Source: Nitrospinales bacterium (GTDB lineage: Bacteria; Nitrospinota; Nitrospinia; Nitrospinales; VA-1). Taken from it: a stretch of 64,000 nucleotides of DNA. Within the stretch, counting starts at the first letter, position 1. Each line of letters starts with the position of its first letter. The position numbers were made by a program, and so were the translations under genes. The notes below the pieces were generated by a model. The model did not search any database and had not been told where the DNA came from. It saw only the letters and a program-made list of their open reading frames with translations. Shown here piece by piece: positions 38,103 to 52,314 of the stretch. The stretch is from positions 896,001 to 960,000 of the forward strand of contig CBDCXL010000002.1 in assembly GCA_965223795.1 (NCBI GenBank), given 5' to 3'.

Positions 38103-38975
38103 ATGACCGACGTTCCAACCTACATTGCCGCAGATTCGCCGTTCTTGACCACGGACACGCGCCGGGACCGCTGGGCCATCCCGTATCATTTCGAATGCCT
38201 CAACGCGCGCATCGACCGGCTTCTGGGAGATCATCGCAACGCCATCGCGGGCCAACGCATCCTCGATGTCGGATCGCACATCGGCACGTTCGCCTACGCT
38301 GCGCACACGCTGGGCGCGGACTTTGTTGAGGGTATCGATGTGGAGACGAAAACGGTGCGGCGCTGCCGGGATCTTTTCGCGCAGCACGGGGTGCCGGAGA
38401 CGGCCTGCCGGTTTAGCGTGGAGGACGCGGTGGCGTATCTGGAGCGGCTTGAAGAAAACAGCTTCGACACAGTGTTCTGCTTCGGCATGCTCTATTACAG
38501 CGCCGATCCGTATCGCCTGCTTGAGCTGATGGCGCGGGTGTGCCGCAACACGCTGCTGCTCGACACGTTCACCGCTGCTTACGCGGCGGTGCAGGGCAAG
38601 GACGCGCTCACGGTGTATCCCGCGGTCGATGATGAGACGCTGGCGCTGCCGCTTTCCATCGTGACGCTGACGCAGCCGGAAAAGCGCGACTACCGGCTGC
38701 CGCAATCGTTTCCCTATAAGGGCAAGCAGCTATGCCTGCTGACGCTGCCGACGCAGGCGCTGCTGGAAATCTGGTTCCGCTCGCTGGGTATGGAATACAA
38801 GCGCATCGACTGGTCGCGCCACATCCAGGCGCCGAAAAGTTACCGCGATCTCTACACGCCCGAGCAGAAAAAAAGTTCGCACTGGGCGGATGTGTACGCC
38901 AGCGGCATCCGCGTTTCCTACCGGCTTCAACCCAACGTCACGCCGGTGGCGGATCGGACGCTTCCCGATAGGTGA
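38103..38975 (+). CDS. Class I SAM-dependent methyltransferase
   Basis: ILDVGSHIG, GID, FDTVFCFGMLYY. Confidence 0.85.
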   Translation: MTDVPTYIAADSPFLTTDTRRDRWAIPYHFECLNARIDRLLGDHRNAIAGQRILDVGSHIGTFAYAAHTLGADFVEGIDVETKTVRRCRDLFAQHGVPETACRFSVEDAVAYLERLEENSFDTVFCFGMLYYSADPYRLLELMARVCRNTLLLDTFTAAYAAVQGKDALTVYPAVDDETLALPLSIVTLTQPEKRDYRLPQSFPYKGKQLCLLTLPTQALLEIWFRSLGMEYKRIDWSRHIQAPKSYRDLYTPEQKKSSHWADVYASGIRVSYRLQPNVTPVADRTLPDR

Positions 38976-40230
38976 GATCGGCTTCGCGCACGATGCGGTC
39001 GTGCAGGTAGATCACCGCCCAGCGCTTGGTTCCCTCCTTGACCAGAAAAAACGCGACGTCTTTGAACAGAATACCGGGGTGCTTTTTTTTCACCGCCTTG
39101 AACAGGAGGGTGGCGTACTTCATCACCCGCGGCACCTGGTATTTTTTCAGCCAGCCCCAAAGCTCGCTTTCGAGAAACTGATCGGCGGTGCGTTTGACGC
39201 GCATCGCCTGGGCGAGACGGATTTTCAGCAGCCGGCTCAGCACCGGCTTGTCGCGCAGCGCCGCCACGTCCTCGCTGAGGCGCGCGATTCCCAGCAGCAG
39301 GGAATGGAGTTTCACTTCGTAGAGCGGCTCCCGCGATTCAGGATGGTGGTGGGCGGCGATACGGCGCACCAGCTCGCTATAGACGGCCCAGATTTTCGCC
39401 GCGTCCAGGGATTTGGAATCGAACCAGATGGTTTTTCGCGACGCGATGGCGATCTCCTGCACGCCTGCGGGAAGCGGGCCTGCGTCCTGCTGAGCGGGGA
39501 CGGCGTCCAGTTCTTCGAGCAGGGTTTCCGCATCGACGTTGGCTTCTTCGGCGCTCTCGCTGTAAACCCGCACGGCCAGCTCGCCGACGGAAAGATACCA
39601 GCGGATGAGCAGCGCCTTGAACACAACGTGGTGGGCGAGCGTGCCCACGGATTTGAACACCCAGAACGTCACATCGAAAAACCGGAACAGCGCGTAGAAC
39701 CCCTGCAGCCAGAACCACACCCGGTAGCGTTCGGCCAGGCGGCCGGCGCGGCTTTGCATCAACGCCTGTTTTTTCTGCCAGGCGCGGATGCAGAACTGCA
39801 CGTGGCGCAAACGGAACTGCGTCACCCGTCCGATGCCGCGCAGACGGCTCAGGGCAAACGCCCTTTGCTTGAGCTCGTCGCAGGCGTCGAGCAGGCTGCC
39901 GAGCTGGACTTCCGCCAGCGGCGCGGCGGATTCGGGATGGCAGGCGGCGGCGATGGATTCCAGATACGCGCGGCTGTTGCCGCTGATCGCAAGATCGCTT
40001 TCCTTGAGCATCCAGCGGCGTTTCAGTTCCATGCAGTGCGTGTGGACAGCCGCGAGCGCGCGCCCTCGCTGTGGATCCTGTGCGGACCGGCTTTCCGCAT
40101 CGAGCGCCTCAAGGCGCGCCTTGTTCTGCCAGACGATTTTCAACAGGACGGAAAAGGGAGCCAGCAGCCAGGCCGCCGCCAGGAGCAGAGCGCCTGCAAA
40201 AACAGCGAGGACGATGGATTCAGGAGTCAC
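38938..40230 (-). CDS. Hypothetical membrane-anchored protein
   Basis: Long ORF with N-terminal hydrophobic helix; GTG at 40230 has GGAGA upstream; two internally similar helical halves (HHPES..PL.EV.L.SLL); 3' end overlaps the convergent gene by 38 bp. Confidence 0.7.
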   Translation of the reverse strand: MTPESIVLAVFAGALLLAAAWLLAPFSVLLKIVWQNKARLEALDAESRSAQDPQRGRALAAVHTHCMELKRRWMLKESDLAISGNSRAYLESIAAACHPESAAPLAEVQLGSLLDACDELKQRAFALSRLRGIGRVTQFRLRHVQFCIRAWQKKQALMQSRAGRLAERYRVWFWLQGFYALFRFFDVTFWVFKSVGTLAHHVVFKALLIRWYLSVGELAVRVYSESAEEANVDAETLLEELDAVPAQQDAGPLPAGVQEIAIASRKTIWFDSKSLDAAKIWAVYSELVRRIAAHHHPESREPLYEVKLHSLLLGIARLSEDVAALRDKPVLSRLLKIRLAQAMRVKRTADQFLESELWGWLKKYQVPRVMKYATLLFKAVKKKHPGILFKDVAFFLVKEGTKRWAVIYLHDRIVREADLTYREASDPPPA

Positions 40231-40424
40231 GTGCGTTCTTTCTCCGATCACCCGGTCCGGCGCTCGCACCGCCTTCGCGGACACTCAGGGAAAAACAAAA
40301 AAATCAGATGGTTAATATGGTTTTGCTGCGGAGACCGTGCTATATTGATCTTGTCTCTTCATTCCAACTTCATTCGAAAAAACGCCTGCGTTGTGGCGCT
40401 TTCGAATTTTACCCGGCTCACTCC

Positions 40425-40847
40425 ATGTCCACTTTCAGCCGATGGCGGACGTTTTTCTTCCTCATCCCGGCTGCATTGATTTTAACCCAATGCACGGAAA
40501 CGAAAAGCGAGGATTTCGTCAAGCAGGGACACACGTTCACGCAGCAGGAAAAGTACGACAAGGCGGTGGAATCGTATCTCAAGGCGATCCAGAAACGTCC
40601 CAACAATCCGGAAGCCTATTACGGCCTGGGCGGGATCTACAACTACAAGGAAATGCACCTCGACGCGGAGCAGGCGTTTCTGGCGGCGGTGCAGCTCGAC
40701 CCGACGCATTTCAACGCGATCTACAGCCTGGCCTTCACCTATGAGAAACTGGGACGCAAGGACGAAGCGGAAAAGTACTTCGAAAAGTACCGGGAACTGA
40801 AGAAAAAATACGACGACATCGTGGAAAAGGACGCGGACAAACAATGA
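40425..40847 (+). CDS. TPR-repeat lipoprotein
   Basis: Lipobox-like LTQC after a hydrophobic stretch; three TPR units. Confidence 0.8.
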   Translation: MSTFSRWRTFFFLIPAALILTQCTETKSEDFVKQGHTFTQQEKYDKAVESYLKAIQKRPNNPEAYYGLGGIYNYKEMHLDAEQAFLAAVQLDPTHFNAIYSLAFTYEKLGRKDEAEKYFEKYRELKKKYDDIVEKDADKQ

Positions 40848-41818
40848 AGCCCTTCATCCTCGCTTTCCTGACGATCTGGCTGGTCTCGGGCTGCAGCTCG
40901 ACGAGCGGCAAAGCGAAGCGGTGGAAACACACGCAGAAGCGGCCGCACAAAACCTGGGCGCACTCCAAGCACAAGCGCCCGGCGCCGCCGCCGCAGACGC
41001 GGATTTCCCGGCCCGTCCCGGCAGCGGAGACGCAGACGTTTCTCAGCCCGGAACCTTCGGCGCCGCCGCGCCCGCAAAACGGCGACCGCCCGATGCCCTG
41101 GCCGACGCGGGTGCATCCCAAAGACGGGGCGACGATGGTGTATGTCCAGTCAGGCGAAACCCTGGTGGGCCAAGGCGATGAGCCGGAAGGGGTGCTGCAG
41201 GCGGGGGGCGCGCGGTTCACGAGATTGCCGGGGTTTTACATCGACCGGGTGGAGGTGACGGTGCGGCGGTTTCAGAAATTCAAACCGGCCTACGACGAGC
41301 GGGCCTACACCGACGGCGAACGCTGCCCGGACTGCCCGGCGATGGGCATCGACTGGCGTCATGCCGCGGGCTACTGCCAGTGGGCCGGCAAGCGGTTGCC
41401 CACGGAGGCGGAATGGACCGCCGCGGCACGCGGACGCGGCAACACGCCCTGGCCCTGGGGCAATGATTTTCTGCCCGAACGGGCCAATATTCTCGGCAAG
41501 GAGGACGGCGCGGTGTTCGCGGCGAGAGTCGGATCGTATCCCAAGGGGGCGAGCCCGGCCGGGGCGCTCGATATGATCGGCAATGTGTGGGAATGGGTCA
41601 GCACGGCCTACCGGCTTTCGTCGGACGCGTCCGGCGAAACGCGTATCCTGCGCATGGTCAAGGGCGGCGGCTGGGCGAGCCGGGAAAACGCCGCCCGCAT
41701 TGCGTTCCGCAACGTGGTCAAGCCGGACCTGAAAAACCCCACCTTCGGTTTCCGCTGCGCCTGGTCCCCCGGTGCGGAGGCCGACCCCAAAACGCCGCGC
41801 ACCCTCACGCGCAAGTGA
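40844..41818 (+). CDS. FGE-sulfatase (SUMF1) domain lipoprotein
   Basis: Lipobox VSGC; EVT, RLPTEAEW..AARG, DMIGNVWEW, KGGGW, GFRC. Confidence 0.88.
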   Translation: MKPFILAFLTIWLVSGCSSTSGKAKRWKHTQKRPHKTWAHSKHKRPAPPPQTRISRPVPAAETQTFLSPEPSAPPRPQNGDRPMPWPTRVHPKDGATMVYVQSGETLVGQGDEPEGVLQAGGARFTRLPGFYIDRVEVTVRRFQKFKPAYDERAYTDGERCPDCPAMGIDWRHAAGYCQWAGKRLPTEAEWTAAARGRGNTPWPWGNDFLPERANILGKEDGAVFAARVGSYPKGASPAGALDMIGNVWEWVSTAYRLSSDASGETRILRMVKGGGWASRENAARIAFRNVVKPDLKNPTFGFRCAWSPGAEADPKTPRTLTRK

Positions 41819-41828
41819 CCGCAAAATG

Positions 41829-41856
41829 AAAAACCCGCCTGGTCAGGCGGGCTTTC
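41829..41856 (-). terminator. Rho-independent terminator after nrdJ, possibly bidirectional
   Basis: AAAAA-CCCGCCTG-GT-CAGGCGGG-CTTTC between convergent genes. Confidence 0.8.
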
Positions 41857-41907
41857 CCGTATTCATGCAGAAAAAAAAACTGACTTGAGTTGCGTCCTCG
41901 CTTTTGC

Positions 41908-45513
<3,606 letters not shown>

Positions 45514-45684
45514 AAATGACCCCCAATGAAAATTAGTTTGAGATTTTTAGAGAGAATTAAATTTCGCTTGATAAGAACTAAGCGGAAATAGACTAGCTAT
45601 ACTTGATCGGTAAGAACGAAAAAGACTTGGGAGAAAAGTTCGTCTAAACGAAAAACTCTCTCCGTCAGTTTAGTTAAGCATATA

Positions 45685-45731
45685 TCACTGTATTTAGTAT
45701 AGCCGCGCAAATATTATACAACATATTGGGG
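45685..45731. promoter_or_regulatory. Tandem NrdR boxes upstream of nrdJ
   Basis: TCACTGTATTTAGTAT (45685-45700) and ATACAACATATTGGGG (45716-45731) match acaCwAtATaTwGtgt and start 31 bp apart; they overlap a TTGACC...TATAAT/TAATAT promoter on the minus strand. Confidence 0.8.
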
Positions 45732-46110
45732 TTGGTCAATATAATTCTTGAATATTCCAAGTGTTTCGTCCTTCCAATATTTTGAAAAAATTACAGTAAG
45801 TTGTCTCTAAATTTTTCCATACAAGGTCGAGTGACATTTTTCCTGATATCAATTAGGTCACTGTCAATTACCGCTAACAATTTATTGTCTTTTTAATTTT
45901 CTCGATAATGAGATAAATTTTTTAAATCTCTGAAATTGAGAGCCGCACCAATGAAAGAGCGGGAAATCTAAAATTAAGAATTTTTTTAGATTTAGGAATT
46001 TAAGGGAAAAAATGCAAGGAATGCAGAAAAACTAACAACGGAAGGATGAAATGAGATTGAATGCTTTGTAGAACTTACTAAAGATTAAATAAGAAAACCC
46101 GGCCGCCGGC

Positions 46111-47577
46111 TCAGTTTTCCAGCACGTCGATCTCGACCTTGCCGACGAACTCCATGAGCTTGAAGGGGCCTTCGCGCGCGCCTTCGGACAGCTTGATGTG
46201 GGTCGCGTCGACGTGGTCCTGGCCGAAGGTCGGATCGAGGGCGCGCCATTCGCCGACGTACACTTCCGGCCAGGCGTGGTAGAGGAATCCCTGGAACTGG
46301 GGCGAATAGACCAGCCCGTTGACGATCTTCGTGGGGATGCCCGCGGCCCGCGCCAGCGCCGTGAACAGGTAGGTGTGCGACTGGCACTCGCCTTTTCTCT
46401 GCTTGAGGGCGTTGAGCGCGCTGACCGAATCCACCAGCGATTTTTCCAGGTTGTTGTACACCCACTGGTTGATGGTCTTCGACGCTTCCCAGGCGTCGGG
46501 AACATCCCCCACCAGCTCTTTCGCCAGTGTCCGGATCAGCCGGTGCTTAGACTGCACTTCCGGCGTTTCGGCCAGCAGTGCGGGATCGGAAAAGGCCGCG
46601 ACCGGCCGCACGGAGGGCCGCGCCACGCTGTCGGGCTCGGTGCTCACTAAAATTTCGGCGGCGTGGGTGCCGTCGGCGGACACTTCGCTGCGCAGCACTT
46701 TCTGCCGGTGGTCCTGCGGAATGAGATCGGGCGCGCGGAGTTTCGAGAGTTTCATCTTCAGCCGGCGTTTCTCACCGGGACGCGGCATCGCTTGATCGAT
46801 TTTCACGATGCTCAGCGTGATGAGGCTGCTGATGCTCATGGCGTCGTCGCCGAGCTTGCGGGCCACGTGTTCGGGTTCCAGGCGCGACTCGAAACCCTGC
46901 GAGGTGACTTCCTTGAGCACGGTGCCGTTTTCGGCGATCCACAGGGTGGATTCCATGCCGCTCATCTGGTGCTTCATCACGAAGGCCTTCACGTCGCGGC
47001 CTTCGTGCTTCACCGTTTCCTTGCGCAGGACTTCGTATTGAAGGTCGAGGAACATCTGAAAGGGTTCGAGAAACACGGCGCGCCGGCCTTTTTTGCCGAC
47101 CGCAAGCCCGTCCTTCACGATGTTGAGCAGAAACGTCGTGGAAGGCAGAGCGCTGGCTGGAAAGCGCACGCTCTGGGTCTTGTCGAAGCCCAGCCCGGTG
47201 ACGCGGTATTTGAGCCGCCCGTCCTTCACCCGGCCGTCGACTTTCTGGCGGCTGCCCATGATCTCCTGCAGCAAGGTGAACCGCTTCAGTTCCAGCTCAG
47301 GCGTCAGGTGCGTCTCCTGGGAGAACGTGGTGGTCTGGTCCACGCCCTGGCTTTTGAGCTTGAAAAACACCTTGGAGCTGACGTTCACGGCATCCTCGGT
47401 GGTCACGATCTTTGCGTAGGAGAAGCCGAGCTTTTTGCCCTTGAAATACGTTCCCATCCAGTAACTCGTTTCGCCGGGTTCAAACAGACCGGCCGCGGCG
47501 GCGGGACGGACGATGGAAACGCTCAGGAGAAAAATCAGGAAAAGCCCGAAGCGTCTGATTTTTTTATTCGGATTCAT
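46111..47577 (-). CDS. Secreted transglutaminase-like domain protein
   Basis: Signal peptide; Cys-His-Asp triad in GECQSH, YHAWPEVY, LDPT. Confidence 0.88.
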   Translation of the reverse strand: MNPNKKIRRFGLFLIFLLSVSIVRPAAAAGLFEPGETSYWMGTYFKGKKLGFSYAKIVTTEDAVNVSSKVFFKLKSQGVDQTTTFSQETHLTPELELKRFTLLQEIMGSRQKVDGRVKDGRLKYRVTGLGFDKTQSVRFPASALPSTTFLLNIVKDGLAVGKKGRRAVFLEPFQMFLDLQYEVLRKETVKHEGRDVKAFVMKHQMSGMESTLWIAENGTVLKEVTSQGFESRLEPEHVARKLGDDAMSISSLITLSIVKIDQAMPRPGEKRRLKMKLSKLRAPDLIPQDHRQKVLRSEVSADGTHAAEILVSTEPDSVARPSVRPVAAFSDPALLAETPEVQSKHRLIRTLAKELVGDVPDAWEASKTINQWVYNNLEKSLVDSVSALNALKQRKGECQSHTYLFTALARAAGIPTKIVNGLVYSPQFQGFLYHAWPEVYVGEWRALDPTFGQDHVDATHIKLSEGAREGPFKLMEFVGKVEIDVLEN

Positions 47578-47831
47578 GCTATTCAGGTTAACAACAGGGC
47601 GCGCAAAAATCGAGGAGGAATTGAACCGCCGGGCGATTTTCCACCGGCCGCCCGCGCGACGGCCCGCGGCGTCCGCAAAACAATGGACGGAATTTCAGTT
47701 CTTTTTTTATTGCGGTTGCGCGCAAGCGGTGGGAGTCTTATTTTTAGTTCATATTCAAATTGGGGGCGTGCTAGTATTACAGCTTTATTTTCTTCCATCA
47801 ACCGGCCGCACCCATCCATTAAGAAAACCCG

Positions 47832-49298
47832 ATGCTGGATCCGCAGAAAATAAAAACCTATCTCACTTTCGACGACGTGCTGCTGCTGCCGGCCCATTCC
47901 AAAGTGCTGCCGGGGGAAGTGGACATCTCGACCCAGCTGACGCGCACGATCCGCCTCAACTGCCCGCTGGTCTCCTCGCCCATGGACACGGTCACCGAGA
48001 GCCAGATGGCGATCGCGCTGGCGCAGGAGGGCGGCATCGGCATCATCCACCGCAACCTGCCTGCGGACCTGCAGCGCAAGATGGTGGACAAGGTCAAGCG
48101 CTCGGTCAGCGTGATGATCACCGATCCCATCACCATGGAGCCGGACCAGAAGATCCACGAGGCGCTGGAGGTGATGAAGAAATACAACATCTCCGGCATC
48201 CCCGTCACCAACCACAACAAGCTGGCGGGCATCCTCACCAATCGCGATCTCCGGTTCGAGACGGACCTTGAAAAACCGATCCGCGACCTGATGACCAAGG
48301 ACAATTTGGTGACGATCGCCGAGGGCACGCCGCTGCAAAAATCCAAAGAGCTTCTGCACGACAACCGCATCGAGAAGCTGCTGGTGGTGGACGGCAACGG
48401 CACCCTGAAGGGGCTGCTGACGATCAAGGACATCGAAAAGGCCGGCAAGTACCCGATGGCGGCGAAGGACGATAAAGGCCGCCTGCGGGTGGGCGCGGCG
48501 CTGGGCGTCTCGACGAACCCGCTGGAGCAGACCGAGGATTTGATCCGCGTCGGTCTGGACGTGCTGGTGATCGACAGCGCGCACGGGCATTCGGAGAAGG
48601 TGCTGCAAAGCATCCGCGACATCAAGCGGCACTTTCCGGACCTGCCGGTCATCGGCGGCAACGTGGCGACGGCGGAAGGGACGGAGGATCTCATCAAGGC
48701 GGGCGCCGACGCGGTGAAGGTGGGCATCGGCCCCGGTTCGATCTGCACGACGCGCGTGGTCACGGGCGTGGGCGTGCCGCAGATCTCGGCGATCGTGGAA
48801 TGCGTTCGGGTGGCGCAGAAAAAAGGCGTGCCGGTGATTTCGGACGGCGGCATCAAGCACTCGGGCGACACCGCCAAGGCCCTCGCGGCGGGCGCGCACA
48901 GCGTCATGATCGGTTCGCTGTTCGCCGGCACCGAGGAAAGCCCCGGCGAGAAGATCCTGTACCAGGGCCGCAGCTACAAGGAATACCGCGGCATGGGTTC
49001 GATCGGCGCGATGTCGCAGGGGTCGGGCGACCGCTATTTCCAGGACCGCGAACTTTCCGAAAGCAAGCTGGTGCCGGAAGGCGTCGAGGCGCGCATTCCC
49101 TACCGCGGGTCGCTGTCGTTCACGGTGCACCAGATCCTGGGCGGACTGCGCGCGGCGATGGGCTACTGCGGCTGCGCCGACATCGAAGCGCTGCGCAAGG
49201 ACGCCACGTTCATCAAGATCACCCCTTCCGGACTGCGGGAAAGCCACGTGCACGACGTGATCGTGACCAAGGAAGCGCCCAACTACCACATCGAATGA
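47832..49298 (+). CDS. guaB: IMP dehydrogenase
   Basis: [11 protein letters not shown] pair, [17 protein letters not shown]. Confidence 0.98.
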   Translation: MLDPQKIKTYLTFDDVLLLPAHSKVLPGEVDISTQLTRTIRLNCPLVSSPMDTVTESQMAIALAQEGGIGIIHRNLPADLQRKMVDKVKRSVSVMITDPITMEPDQKIHEALEVMKKYNISGIPVTNHNKLAGILTNRDLRFETDLEKPIRDLMTKDNLVTIAEGTPLQKSKELLHDNRIEKLLVVDGNGTLKGLLTIKDIEKAGKYPMAAKDDKGRLRVGAALGVSTNPLEQTEDLIRVGLDVLVIDSAHGHSEKVLQSIRDIKRHFPDLPVIGGNVATAEGTEDLIKAGADAVKVGIGPGSICTTRVVTGVGVPQISAIVECVRVAQKKGVPVISDGGIKHSGDTAKALAAGAHSVMIGSLFAGTEESPGEKILYQGRSYKEYRGMGSIGAMSQGSGDRYFQDRELSESKLVPEGVEARIPYRGSLSFTVHQILGGLRAAMGYCGCADIEALRKDATFIKITPSGLRESHVHDVIVTKEAPNYHIE

Positions 49299-49395
49299 CC
49301 GTGACCGCACCCGATTCACCGACAGCATCCGGACGGCCCTCCCCGCTCACGGCGGGAGCGGCGTTTTTCATTTCCCCATCACCGCAAACGCACGC

Positions 49396-50949
49396 ATGAC
49401 ATCCAATTCGCTGCACAAAGAGGAAATTCTGATCCTGGATTTCGGGTCGCAGTACACCCAGAACATCGCGCGCAAGGTGCGCGAATGCCAGGTGTACTGC
49501 CAGATCCATCCGTACGACCTGTCGCTCGACGACATCAAGAAGTTCAACCCGAAGGGCATCATCCTTTCGGGCGGACCGGCGAGCGTGCTGGCTCCCGACG
49601 CGCCGCTGTGCGACCGTGGGATCTTCGAGCTGGGCATCCCCATCCTGGGCATCTGCTACGGCATGCAGCTCATCACGCACCTGCTGCACGGAACGGTGAA
49701 CCCGGCGCCGGAAAAGGAATACGGCCGGGCGGAACTGATGATCAAGGAATTCTCGCACCTGTTCAACGGCGTCAACAACAAGTCGATCGTGTGGATGAGC
49801 CACGGCGACAAGATCTCGAAGCTGCCCATCGGCTTCAAGACCACCTCGTTCACGGCGAACTCGCCGATCGCGGCGATGGAAAAGCCGCTCACCAAAGTGT
49901 ACGGACTGCAGTTTCATCCCGAAGTGGTGCACACGACCGAAGGGAAAAAGATCCTGGAAAATTTCATGTTCGGCATCTGCGGCTGCAACGCCAACTGGAA
50001 AACCCATTCGCTGGTCGAATACATGATCGGCGACATCAAAAAGAAGGTGAAAAAAGCCAAGGTGCTGTGCGCGCTGAGCGGCGGCGTCGATTCGTCGGTG
50101 GTGGCGCGGCTGGTGCACCGGGCGCTGGGCAAGAACCTGACCTGCATCTTCATCGACAACGGGCTGCTGCGGCTGGGCGAGCGGGAGAAGGTGGTCAAGA
50201 CCTTCAAGGAAAATTTCCACATCAACCTGGAAGTGGTGGACGCGGCGGAGGAATTTTTAAACGCGCTCAAAGACGTCACCGATCCGGAGGAGAAACGCAA
50301 GATCATCGGCAACGTGTTCATCGAGGTGTTCGAGCGGGAAGCGCCGCGGCTCGGCAAGTTCACGTATCTCGCGCAGGGCACGCTGTACCCGGACGTCATC
50401 GAGTCGGTGTCGCACAAGGGACCCTCGGCGGTGATCAAGACGCACCACAACGTCGGCGGGCTGCCGGAAAAGATGGAGTTCAAACTTTTAGAGCCGCTCA
50501 GGGAACTGTTCAAGGACGAGGTGCGCAACCTGGGCCGCGAGCTCGGCATTCCCGAGGAGATCATCAACCGCCAGCCCTTCCCCGGACCGGGGCTCGCCAT
50601 CCGCATCCTGGAAGCGGTGACGCACGAACGGCTGGAGATCCTGCGCGCGGCGGACAGGATCGTGCTGGAAGAGATCAAGGCGTCGGGCTTCTACAACAAG
50701 ATCTGGCAGGCGTTCGCGGTACTGCTGCCGGTCAAGTCGGTGGGCGTGATGGGCGATGCGCGCACCTACGAAAACGTGGTGGGCATCCGCGCCGTCACCA
50801 GCAGCGACGGCATGACCGCCGACTGGGTGCACCTGCCCTACGACATCCTGGCGCGGCTCTCCAACCGCATCATCAACGAAGTGAAGGGCGTGAACCGCGT
50901 CGTCTACGACATCAGCTCCAAACCCCCCAGCACGATTGAGTGGGAGTGA
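49396..50949 (+). CDS. guaA: GMP synthase (glutamine-hydrolysing)
   Basis: LDFGSQY, GICYGMQ, QFHPEV, SGGVDS, KPP.TIEWE. Confidence 0.98.
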   Translation: MTSNSLHKEEILILDFGSQYTQNIARKVRECQVYCQIHPYDLSLDDIKKFNPKGIILSGGPASVLAPDAPLCDRGIFELGIPILGICYGMQLITHLLHGTVNPAPEKEYGRAELMIKEFSHLFNGVNNKSIVWMSHGDKISKLPIGFKTTSFTANSPIAAMEKPLTKVYGLQFHPEVVHTTEGKKILENFMFGICGCNANWKTHSLVEYMIGDIKKKVKKAKVLCALSGGVDSSVVARLVHRALGKNLTCIFIDNGLLRLGEREKVVKTFKENFHINLEVVDAAEEFLNALKDVTDPEEKRKIIGNVFIEVFEREAPRLGKFTYLAQGTLYPDVIESVSHKGPSAVIKTHHNVGGLPEKMEFKLLEPLRELFKDEVRNLGRELGIPEEIINRQPFPGPGLAIRILEAVTHERLEILRAADRIVLEEIKASGFYNKIWQAFAVLLPVKSVGVMGDARTYENVVGIRAVTSSDGMTADWVHLPYDILARLSNRIINEVKGVNRVVYDISSKPPSTIEWE

Positions 50950-51700
50950 AAAATTATTTTTCTAAAAGCACAGGCCAATCATTAATCAACATTTTCTAAT
51001 AATTCGCTTTCCTCTCCGAATAGTATTAAATTTTCCCCGGGACATATATTCTCATCAACAGGTTGCCGCACAGATTTGTACGCAATCCCTCGGATGTTAT
51101 TTTGGTATGCGTATTGCGAAATTAATTGTGTTAAGGGATAAATTTTCTCGTCTCTAGCAAAAATTATTTGCTCATAAAATTCCTGTCTATTTTCTATAAA
51201 TCCATTTTCTTTAAGATAAATTAATAAGTTGCAATCCTTTGATAGCAAATCAAGTATGGGAGTTTTATTTTTTAGTTTTCTTGTTAAAGGATAACCATAG
51301 GTTTTTGGATTTTTTTTTACAGAAGGATTTATATAACCTTCATAGTCCTTAAATGTAAAATCAGGTTTGTTCCTAAAAAAGGGTTCAGTTTCAAATAAAG
51401 CGGTAGGAAAATCACTTGCAAAATATGCCACCTTTTCCTTATTTAAACTAAATCTACCGTTGGCAATGTAAGCAAATTCCCGAAGATATGGAGTTTCATT
51501 CAGTGTTTCACTATTGCCTTTTTTAAACTTTTGATTTTCGAATCCATTATTTTCAACAGACCATAGATATAATTTTGAATGCCACCATTCTCTTGAATAA
51601 AAACTTTCTTTCTCAATTAAAAAGTCATTCCATTTTTCTTCAGGAATTTTTTTTAATATTTCATCCAACTCTTCAACATTCATTTTATTTACGATTGAGT
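50932..51700. mobile_element. AT-rich one-gene islet bounded by the 10-bp direct repeat ACGATTGAGT
   Basis: Repeat copies at 50932-50941 (inside the guaA 3' end) and 51691-51700; abrupt drop in GC between them; no integrase. Confidence 0.55.
50982..51683 (-). CDS. RES-domain protein, low GC
   Basis: GRFS...YFASD..TALFE...GIAYKSVR....NLILF gives the R-E-S pattern; AT-rich codon usage. Confidence 0.7.
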   Translation of the reverse strand: MNVEELDEILKKIPEEKWNDFLIEKESFYSREWWHSKLYLWSVENNGFENQKFKKGNSETLNETPYLREFAYIANGRFSLNKEKVAYFASDFPTALFETEPFFRNKPDFTFKDYEGYINPSVKKNPKTYGYPLTRKLKNKTPILDLLSKDCNLLIYLKENGFIENRQEFYEQIIFARDEKIYPLTQLISQYAYQNNIRGIAYKSVRQPVDENICPGENLILFGEESELLENVD

Positions 51701-51714
51701 TAAGCTAAACAGGT

Positions 51715-52308
51715 TTAAACTCCCCTTTTTTTCTTCCTTCTCAGATATACATACAACGCCCCATCGCCGCCGTGTTTGGGCTGCGCCGGGGCGAACGTGA
51801 TCACCTTTGCCGCGAGCGGCGGTTCGGCAAGCCAGCGCGGCACCTGTTTTTTCAACACGCCCGCCTCCGGCTCGAACCAGTCCCCCTCTTCCTGACGCAC
51901 GCTGCCGCCCTTGCCGGTGACCACCAGCAGGCAGCGCTTGCCCTGTTCGTAGCCCGCTTCGATGAAATGCGCCAGCTCGCCGTGCGCCTGCACCTTGGAG
52001 TGGCCGTGCAAATCGAGCGTGCCTTCGATGGGGATCTGCCCCCGGCGCAGTCTTTCCCCGGTGCGTTTGTCGATGCCCGCGGCGGGCGGCGGCTCCTGGG
52101 TTTCGGCGGGGATCCCGAGCGACGGTTGAGGCGGAGGCGCATCGTTCCCGGTTTCGCTTTCGGTCTCGACGGCTTCTTCAGGCGGTTCGGGTTCTTCCGG
52201 CTCTTCGTCTTTTTGGATCGGCCGCACGTCCTGCATGGCCGAGCGCCACAGCGCGTCGTCTTCGGTGCCCGGCTTTTTGGACTTCTTCTTTTTGCCGCGC
52301 CCGGTCAC
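51715..52308 (-). CDS. Smr/MutS2 C-terminal domain protein
   Basis: LDLHG, LLVVTGKG, L...VPRWL, HGGDGALYV.LR. Confidence 0.92.
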   Translation of the reverse strand: MTGRGKKKKSKKPGTEDDALWRSAMQDVRPIQKDEEPEEPEPPEEAVETESETGNDAPPPQPSLGIPAETQEPPPAAGIDKRTGERLRRGQIPIEGTLDLHGHSKVQAHGELAHFIEAGYEQGKRCLLVVTGKGGSVRQEEGDWFEPEAGVLKKQVPRWLAEPPLAAKVITFAPAQPKHGGDGALYVYLRRKKKRGV

Positions 52309-52314
52309 GGCACG

